DNA from: Eledone cirrhosa
Lineage: Eukaryota
Reading direction: 5' to 3'
Length of the DNA: 64,000 nucleotides
Assembly (NCBI GenBank): GCA_964016885.1
Contig: OZ024747.1
Span: 34,782,001-34,846,000 of the forward strand
The notes beneath the pieces were generated by a model. The model made no database searches. It worked only from the letters and a program-made list of their open reading frames with translations, and was not told the origin of the DNA. The translations under genes were made by a program, and so were the position numbers. This document shows positions 55,934 through 64,000 of this stretch, piece after piece; position 1 is the first letter of the stretch; each line of letters begins with the position of its first letter.

Positions 55934-55940
<7 letters not shown>
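52835..55940 (-). mobile_element. 468-bp tandem array (~6.6 units) with one hammerhead per full unit; retrozyme-like
   Basis: Identical ORF calls recur every 468/469 bp; (TA)n flanks; 16-bp inverted tip at ~55924-55939. Confidence 0.85.
53132..53176 (-). ncRNA. Type I hammerhead; repeated at 53600, 54069, 54537, 55005 and 55473
   Basis: aatattg CTGATGA gttgt-aaca-acaac GAAA ctag TT caatatt: 7-bp stem I, 5-bp stem II, palindromic stem III ACTAGT. Confidence 0.9.
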
Positions 55941-55983
<43 letters not shown>

Positions 55984-56844
55984 GACCGTCGCCCGTCAAC
56001 CGGGAAAATAAGCGTTTGGCAGAGTATTGAAATAATGAATGAAATCATTTCCAATGAAACATGTTGTCTTTTCCGTCGGTAGCAACATTTCCAATATTAA
56101 TGTTTGTCATTCAGTTTTGATCTTAAAACCAGAGATAATAGGCGAAATACGTAACATAATTCTATGATTACCCTTCATTGCATGCCTTTTATTCTGCTCA
56201 TATTTCTCCCTTTTTATGTCATAAAATGTACTTCCCTTAATAATAAATTCATTTTTTTAATCGAAACGTATTTGATAATCTAATAATTGAAACGCTGTAT
56301 ACATTTCTAATTCATTTCCGTTTATTGAACTTAAAATATATCCTCAAACATTCTCAATATGATCTCCTCCTTATGATCACTGATTTTACCTTTGCTGTGA
56401 ATATTTGAACATAAGCACAAATATTCATGATTGATTCTATAATGGCAGAATATCATTTCGATTCATCCCAAAAATTGTTTAAATAAGTATATAAAAATGT
56501 TATAATATTTAGCATAATACACACGCATATGTGTGTGTGTGAAAAGTATAGGGTAAAAACATTTATAAATATATATATATTAGTTTAACGATTTAAATAA
56601 AAGGAATAATCTAAACGCTTTAGACGGCTATCAACTGATTGTAAAAATCACCTCGCAACATTTTGCCCGAAAAAGACACGCATTTTTCCTCTGTTTGATG
56701 TATAGAGTAAAATATTTGTTGCAAAGTGGACCCGATTGAAAAGAATGAAGACACACTTTCCTTTACAGCCAACACATCCTCCACGTTTTCAAGTAGCAGT
56801 TGTATTGGATATTGAGGTTAGAAAAGAAATTGCGCTCCCCCAGT

Positions 56845-57150
56845 ACATTTGTTAAAAGATGGGTGAATGTAGCGAGGAGATCCCGGGTTACAGGATGTTC
56901 TCTGAGCATGTGCCAGCAGGTTGAGATTTCAGAGGGGAGCTCAGCATCTTTCTAGAGCACTGTTTGTGTTTAGGATGGTTTTCGAATCTAAGTGGTTCGT
57001 AATCTACCCTTGGGTGGTGCACCCCCTTCTGAGGAATTATGTTGTTATTTATTTCTTAGTAAATTTTAACTTTATTTCTTGTTTACAAGTTTTTATGTAA
57101 ATCCCCACTATCCCCGTTCTTTATGTTTTATTCCTAGAGGTGAATAATGA
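56845..57150 (+). mobile_element. 3' end of Tx1-type LINE related to 2510-2812
   Basis: tttgttaaaagatgggtgaatgtagcgagg resembles ttttataaaaggtgggtgaatgtggcaaag; similar 3' UTR. Confidence 0.55.
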
Positions 57151-57186
57151 AAGAATTACTATCACTATTATTAATGTTCCATTAAA

Positions 57187-57400
57187 GGGCGGTGCATTGA
57201 CAGTAGTGGTAAAGAGTTGGGCCCTCTACCGATAGAGTTACGCTCGTTTACGTTCTGAATTGAAATCCTGCCACGTTAACTTTAACCTACATCCTTACGT
57301 GGTCGATGAAATAAATTACCAGTAACACACACAGGTGTAATAAATCAAAATTCCCCTCCCCACAATTGTTGGCTTTGTGTCTAAATCAGAAAACCTTATC
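57187..57400 (+). mobile_element. tRNA-derived SINE (first family, forward)
   Basis: ggcggtgcattgacag..acgttctgaattgaaatcctgcc..catccttacgtggtcgatgaaataaattaccagt. Confidence 0.7.
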
Positions 57401-58588
57401 ATCCCTTTAATTAGTCATTGACACTACTCTACTGAATTCGTTTTGTAAATTTAAAGTAGAGCAAATTGACATATGTTATTCTTGTCCTTATGTTACAGAT
57501 AGCGATGCACACAAAATAAACATGTTCTTATGAGAGCTATGTTCTGAGATCAGTTATTTGAGTACCTCACTTGTAGCTAATTCTGCATTGTGTTGCCAGA
57601 CTCAATGACTCTCGAGGCATTGTTATTGGGGCTTTTGTTCTGCATGTTGCTAAAGTAAGATTGTTAGTTTGCAAAATCTGGGGATGCAGTGATATGAATT
57701 AATTTACATTTGATAATACTTTTTTATATTCATTGTTGTGTTTTTGTTTTCAGGCAAGCTAATTCTAGTTGTTTGATATTCGGTGGTCTCCTGCGTATCT
57801 GCATAAATCCATAATGTTTAGGTTCATATCTTAAATACGCAATATATGATAACACGACATTGTAATTATTCAACGATGTCGACATTGCCATGCTTAGAAT
57901 GATGGAGTCGTATATTTTTAACCATGAGAAATTCAAAGAATTATTGTGAAATAATTCAATATCATACAGAGGTTTTCTTGTAATATATTTATAGTTATAC
58001 CTAGTGTATATTTGTTTAAACAAATATATTGTATAAATCACGCGGTCATTTCACCCAAGTATTTTCTCTGTACAAATAAATCATATATAATCCCACGGAA
58101 ATAAATCTTATAATTAGAGTATGGATACGATTGTATCACCAGTTTAATATATATGTGTAATTGTTGACATCTCTATTTACATGTATTTTCGCCTCCTATA
58201 CATTAAGATAAATCTAGCGATATTATCCAGCCTGAGTCAACGTTTAAAATAAATAATATATTCAGTGACTATGCCCCTATTTTTATAAAGTTTTATTAGA
58301 CAACTATGACTATCAGAACAGTAAAAAAGAAAACTGTTGCGAATAGCAACATAGAACAGTGTAAAACATTAGAACATTTTGATCGATATAGTGTATGCAG
58401 AGACAAAACTAAAGGCATTAAGCGATGTAATTAAATGAAAAAGAAAATACACAGGTGATTTTTTTTGTTTGTTTAAATCCTCATAACACCAATGATGTAT
58501 GCATTAAGATGTACTCTCCAGGCTGATAGCGGAATTTAAATCAGTTAATATGGTAGTATTTACTATATTACTTCTTACTATAAAAATA

Positions 58589-58909
58589 CTGAGTTTTTCA
58601 AATATGAATATATTACAGTGCTTTCTAAATTTCCTAAAGTTATTATAAATATTAATACATTAATTTCTCATACAACATGTTGTTTTCACAATGAAAACAG
58701 CACAATGCGATACAAGAAATGCTAGATTTTGAGGAAAGTGTGTATTATGTAGCTATGTAGATATGTAATATATATATACTCTATAGGTTATTAATTATAT
58801 AGTATAAACTAACAAGAGGCATATTCGAAATTCAAAGTGAACACATAAATAACAAATTGATCCAAAACACACACACACACGCATAAACAGACATACACAC
58901 ACACACACA

Positions 58910-58942
<33 letters not shown>

Positions 58943-59287
58943 GCAGACACACATGTATATATAAATATAAATATAATCTGAGTTTTTCAAATATGAATAT
59001 ATTACAGTGCTTTCTAAATTTCCTAAAGTTATTATAAATATTGATACATTAATTTCTCATACAACATGTTGTTTTCACAATGAAAACAGCACAATGCGAT
59101 ACAAGAAGTGCTAGATTTTGAGGAAAGTGTGTATTATGTAGCTATGTAGATATGTAATATATATATATATACTCTATAGGTTATTAATTATATAGTGTAA
59201 ACTAACAAGAGGCATATTCGAAATTCAAAGTGAACACATAAATAACAAATTGATCCAAAACACACACACACACACACACACACGCAT

Positions 59288-59345
<58 letters not shown>

Positions 59346-59410
59346 ACACACACAAACACGCACACACACACACACACATGTATATATACATATAAATATA
59401 ATCTGAGTTA
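58589..59410 (+). repeat. Local ~390-bp tandem duplication containing (CA)n
   Basis: ctgagtttttcaaatatgaatatattacagtg at 58589 and 58978. Confidence 0.9.
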
Positions 59411-59663
59411 TTCGAATATTAATAATAACATTCGATTTGTTTGCAATTATGCAAACAACCCTCAATTTTATAGCCATGTCAGTAGAATGAACACTTCATT
59501 CTTGCTCGTGTGTTGGCATTTGAACAGAACTGCAGACACTAATGTTTATGGGTATCACCCTTCGTCAGTAGAGTTCACTGTTCACCTGCCAAACTGTCAG
59601 AGCTAGTAAAAATATATGCTATTTTAAAAGATACACAGTAACTAATAGGCGAACATTTTCTTT

Positions 59664-59721
<58 letters not shown>

Positions 59722-59729
<8 letters not shown>

Positions 59730-60580
59730 TGTATATATAATGTATTTTGCAATACACGGTATGCTTAATTAAAAGCATTTCGAAGACCTTATGCTATTGT
59801 TTTAGAGTAGTGATATTCTCACTTACTTTAAATGTTCAGCAAATAGGGGAGATGAAGTTGACAGAGCTATGTTTCGTACTCATTGGTACTTATCAAAGCC
59901 AAGTACTCCACCTGTTTGCTGAAAATCATGAATGTTTGATTCTTATAGAATTTCTAGTAATAATCAGGAACTGATTATACAGAGCGGTGGCCGGTCAAGC
60001 AGAATTGAAAATTAGAATTGGCGCTCTGAAATAGCTATATATATATGAATGTATATATAGTGTATTTTGCAATACACTGTATGCTTAATTAAAAGCATTT
60101 CGAAGACCTTATGCTATTGTTTTAGAGTAGTGACAGTCTCACTTACTTTAAATTTTCAGCAAATAAGGGAGATAAAGTTGACAGAGCTTTGTTTCGTACT
60201 GATTGGTACTTATCAAAGCCAAGTACTCCACCTGTTTTCTGAAAATCTGTGCACAGGAACTGATTATACAGAGCGGTTACCAAACGGCAACCGATGTGTA
60301 TAATCAGTTCCTGATTATTACTAGAAATTCAATAAGAATCAAACATTCATGATTTTTAGCAAACAGGTGGAGTACGTGGCTTTGGTAAGTACCAATCAGT
60401 ACGAAACATAGCTTTATCAGCTTTATCTCCCCTGTTTGCTGAACATTTAAAGTAAGTGACACAGTCACTACTCTAAAACAATAGCATAAGATCTTCGAAA
60501 TGCTTTTAATTAAGCATACATCGTATTGCAAAATACACTATATATACATTCATATATATATAGCTATTTCAGAGTGCCAA

Positions 60581-60590
<10 letters not shown>
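59722..60590. mobile_element. 320-bp-unit partial tandem + inverted copy, HHR-bearing; retrozyme-like
   Basis: Units at ~59722 and ~60042, inverted copy ~60295-60590; (TA)n flanks. Confidence 0.75.
59856..59900 (-). ncRNA. Type I hammerhead, U3-A8 core; also at 60176-60220 (-) and 60378-60422 (+, core mutated)
   Basis: ggct TTGATAA gtac-caatga-gtac GAAA ca-tagctc-tg TC a(a/g)ct. Confidence 0.65.
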
Positions 60591-60611
<21 letters not shown>

Positions 60612-63600
60612 TAATGAAAAAGAACAAAGGAACTATTATGACATTGTAACAAGTTTATTGCCTACAGCCGTTTCGTCCGACCATATGGTGGACTTTTCAA
60701 GGCATATAACAGGTGATTGTAAGTTCATTATTTACATCAACGTTTCACTCAAGATTAGCAGTTTGAAATCGTGGGATACATCAACAGCTCAGCTTGTATA
60801 TTTGGGGTCTATATTCTAAGGGCGCTCTTTTATATTAGTTGTAGGAGTTGTAAAAGGGATGGGTTATAGGGAGTTAAGAGAATTTGAAAAGGGCCTAAGA
60901 GTTAGGGGTTGAAGGTTAAAAATTAAAGAATTTATAAGTTACGCATTAAAAGTAAAAGACTTGGGATCTCGTAAAAGCACCTTTAAAAATTGCTCAATAA
61001 GCGTATAAAGCTTATAAGCCCCAATAAACCTAACAAACCAGAAGAGATTAAGAGAATAAAAACAAAATTAAAAATTAAAAATAAAAAGTTTCCTAAAAAA
61101 TTCCTTCAAAAGAAAAAAAAAAAACATTTTTTTTCTAAGAGATCCCCTTAAAAATTTTTAGAAATTTTACGAAGATTTAATAATCCCTACGAAAGTTCTA
61201 AACTCAAAAATTAAAAATTAAAAATTAAAAATTAGGGAAAAGAACTTTCATTAAGATTTAAGAGGTTAATCGAGTTAATGATTTAGGGAATCCATAATAT
61301 AAAGATTAAGTTTTAAGTTAGGACTTGAATTTTAAGAGTTCCAAACCCAGAAATTAAAAAATTTCATGAACTTAAGATTAAGCAATCTTATATATCCAAG
61401 ATTAAAAATTAAAGATTAAGAGGTTGAACATTAAATTTAATTTTAAAAATTAAGAAATAAATAGTTGAAAGAAATTAATCAATTAAAGGTTAATTCAAAA
61501 AGACTTCAAAAAATCACTCAGAAAAGGCCCCTTTATTATTTTTAATAAAAACCTCTTCCGAAAGACCCTTCAAAGAATTAACATTTTAGAGAACCTTTAA
61601 AAATATATATTTTTGAGGAAAATTACAAATTAAAAATTAAAAATTACGCGATTTGTGAGATCCGAGAAATTTTCAAAGGGCTGCTTCAACAGATACAACA
61701 ACTTAGGTATAATAAATAAAGTAATTTAAGTAATTTAAGTAATCTAATTAAGGAGCAATTCAAGGAGCTTATCAAGTTGGGCAAGATTAAAGAAAATGAT
61801 AAGTAAGAAAATATATAAGCAAAAAGACAATAATTATAAAATGTATTTTTAAGAAGGTATAAAATAGCTTCAGTAATCTAATAATGTATTATCAAAAAAT
61901 TATTAATATAGGATTAACAAAGACATAATAATATATTCCTGCCTAATTAACAAACAATCAATAAATAATTAACAGTCAAGCAAATTTACTCAGGGATATC
62001 CCACGCACGGATACTGTACACACATACAGCAAGATGAACAATACAGGTGACCTTGTGGGTGCGATATCCATTGTGCGCATGCAGTCATCTGCATAGCTCC
62101 AGGCACAGTTGGTCTTGTTGAAAAGTTCCGAGTTTACGAATCAACTGGGATTCACTATCAGCTGTTTGGACTCTCTGGGAAATGTACCCGTGGATCAAAT
62201 AGCTAGTGGTCGCAGGGTGTGGTCCGTTCGATCTTTTCCATCTAGTTTCGGTCGTGCGAGTTATTAATCCATGCGTGGAATTGCACGCGTTTGCGATAGA
62301 TCAGCCTGCCGGTTCTACATCCAAGGTTTTGCTGTATAGGATATATTGGTGTACCAGTCGCGTGTGAACTTGGAATTGGTGAGACGTGGGGATAATAGCG
62401 AGAGACGCAATATACCACCCCAGTCAAGTCCATACTGGACTTTTTTACCAATATATCATGTACACCAATATATCCTATACAGCAAAACCTTGGATGTAGA
62501 ACCGGCAGGCTGATCAATCGCAAAAGCGTGCAATCCCACGCATGGATTAATAACTGGCACGACCGAAACTACATGGAAAAGATCGACCGGACCACACCCT
62601 GCGACCACTAGCTATTTGATCCACGGGTACATTTCCCAGAGATTCCACACAGCTGATAGTGAATCCCAGTTGATTCGTAAACTCGGAACTTTTCAACAAG
62701 ACCAAATGTGCCTGGAGCTATGCAGATGACTGCATGCGCACAATGGATATCGCACCTACAAGGTCACCTGTATTGTTCATCTTGCTGTATGTGTGTAGAG
62801 TATCCGTGAGTGTGATATCCCTGAGTAAATTTGCTTGACTGTTAATTGGTTATTGATTGTTTGTTAATTAGGCAGGAATATAATATATTATTATGTCTTT
62901 GTTAATCCTATATATTGCTGTATGTGTGTAAAGTATCCGTGCGTAGGATATCGCTGAGTAAATTTGCTTGACTGTTAATTGTTTATTGATTGTTTATTAA
63001 TTAGGCAGGAATATATTATTATGTCTTTGTTAATCCTATATTAATAATTTTTTGATAATACATTATTAGATTACTGAAGCTATTTTATACCTTCTTAAAA
63101 ATACATTTTATAATTATTGTCTTTTTGCTTATATATTTCTTACTTATCATTTTCTTTAATCTTGCCCAACTTGATAAGCTCCTTGAATTGCTCCTTAATT
63201 AGATTACTTAAATTACTTTATTTATTATACCTAAGTTGTTGTATCTGTTGAAGCAGCCCTTTGAACATTCCTCGGATCTCCCAAATCGCGTAATTTTTAA
63301 TTTTTAATTTGTAATTTTCCTCAATTCACTTATATATATTTTTAAAGGTTCTCTAAAATGTTAATTCTTTGAATGGTCTTTCGGAAGAGGTTTTTATTAA
63401 AAATATTAAAAGGGCCTTTTCTGAGGGATTTTTTGAAGGCTTTTTGAATTAACCTTTAATTGATTAATTTCTTTCAACTATTTATTTCTTAATTTTTAAA
63501 ATTAAATTTAATGATCAACCTCTTAATCTTTAATTTTTAATCTTGGATATATAAGATTGCTTAATCTTAAATTCATTAATTTTTTTAAATTCTGGATTTG

Positions 63601-64000
63601 GAACTCTTAAGATTCAAATCCTAACTTAAAACTTAATGTTTATATTATGGATTCCCTAAATCATTAACTCTATTAACCTCTTAAATCTTATTGAAAGTTC
63701 TTTTCCCCAATTTTTAATTTTTAATTTTTAATTTTTGAGTTTAGAACTTTCGTAGGGATTATTAAATCTTCGTAAATGTTCTAAACATTTTTAAGGGGAT
63801 CTCTTAGAAAAAACATTTTTTTTTTTCTTTTGAAATAATTTTTTAGGAAACTTTTTATTTTTTATATTTTATTTTTTTATTTATTTATTTATTTTTTTAT
63901 TCTCTTAATCTCTTCTGGTTTGTTAGGTTTATTGGGGCTTATAAGCTTTATGCGCTTATTGAGGGATTTTTTAAGGTGCTTTTACGAGAACCCAAATCTT
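60612..64000. mobile_element. Large non-coding fold-back element (PLE-derived), continuing beyond the window
   Basis: Arms 60956-62354 / 62460-64000 with a ~105-bp spacer; HHR and AATAAA at the left outer end next to (TA)n. Confidence 0.75.
60659..60704 (-). ncRNA. Type I hammerhead, U3-A8 core
   Basis: tgcc TTGAAAA gtcc-accatatggt-c-ggac GAAA cggctg TA ggca, overlapping AATAAA. Confidence 0.75.

Noticed and set aside
52835-55940. CRISPR-like array
   Set aside because: Units are wholly identical with no unique spacers; eukaryotic context and no cas genes
57440-58140. Possible GPCR-like pseudogene on the minus strand
   Set aside because: Requires several stops and frameshifts and shows no diagnostic motif; cannot be supported without a search
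58589-59410. Third retrozyme array
   Set aside because: No HHR core found on either strand; looks like a simple local duplication

Overview
AT-rich, microsatellite-dense animal genomic DNA. The tRNA-derived SINEs and long (TA)n tracts look most like an octopod cephalopod (inference). No intact host gene is recognisable. Conventional transposons present: a decayed Tx1/L1-type LINE, a DD37D Tc1/mariner, a decayed Helitron, a 5'-truncated RTE LINE and SINEs. The dominant feature is a set of Penelope-like elements (PLEs; one near-complete Neptune-type, four Nematis-type fragments) plus many non-coding derivatives, almost all inserted in (TA)n and many with inverted ends. By eye I find type I hammerhead ribozyme (HHR) folds in about ten distinct families, plus several degenerate ones. 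Highlights: (1) a 6.6-copy, near-identical 468-bp tandem array with a canonical HHR in each full unit (retrozyme-like); (2) four families with a compensatory U3-A8 HHR core; (3) a shared RTYGAGTRCT motif 30-60 bp from the 3' end of otherwise unrelated families; (4) a correctly phased U-UUU-UUA slippery site joining Neptune ORF1 to RT/GIY-YIG. All folds and alignments were done by eye, and element boundaries are approximate.
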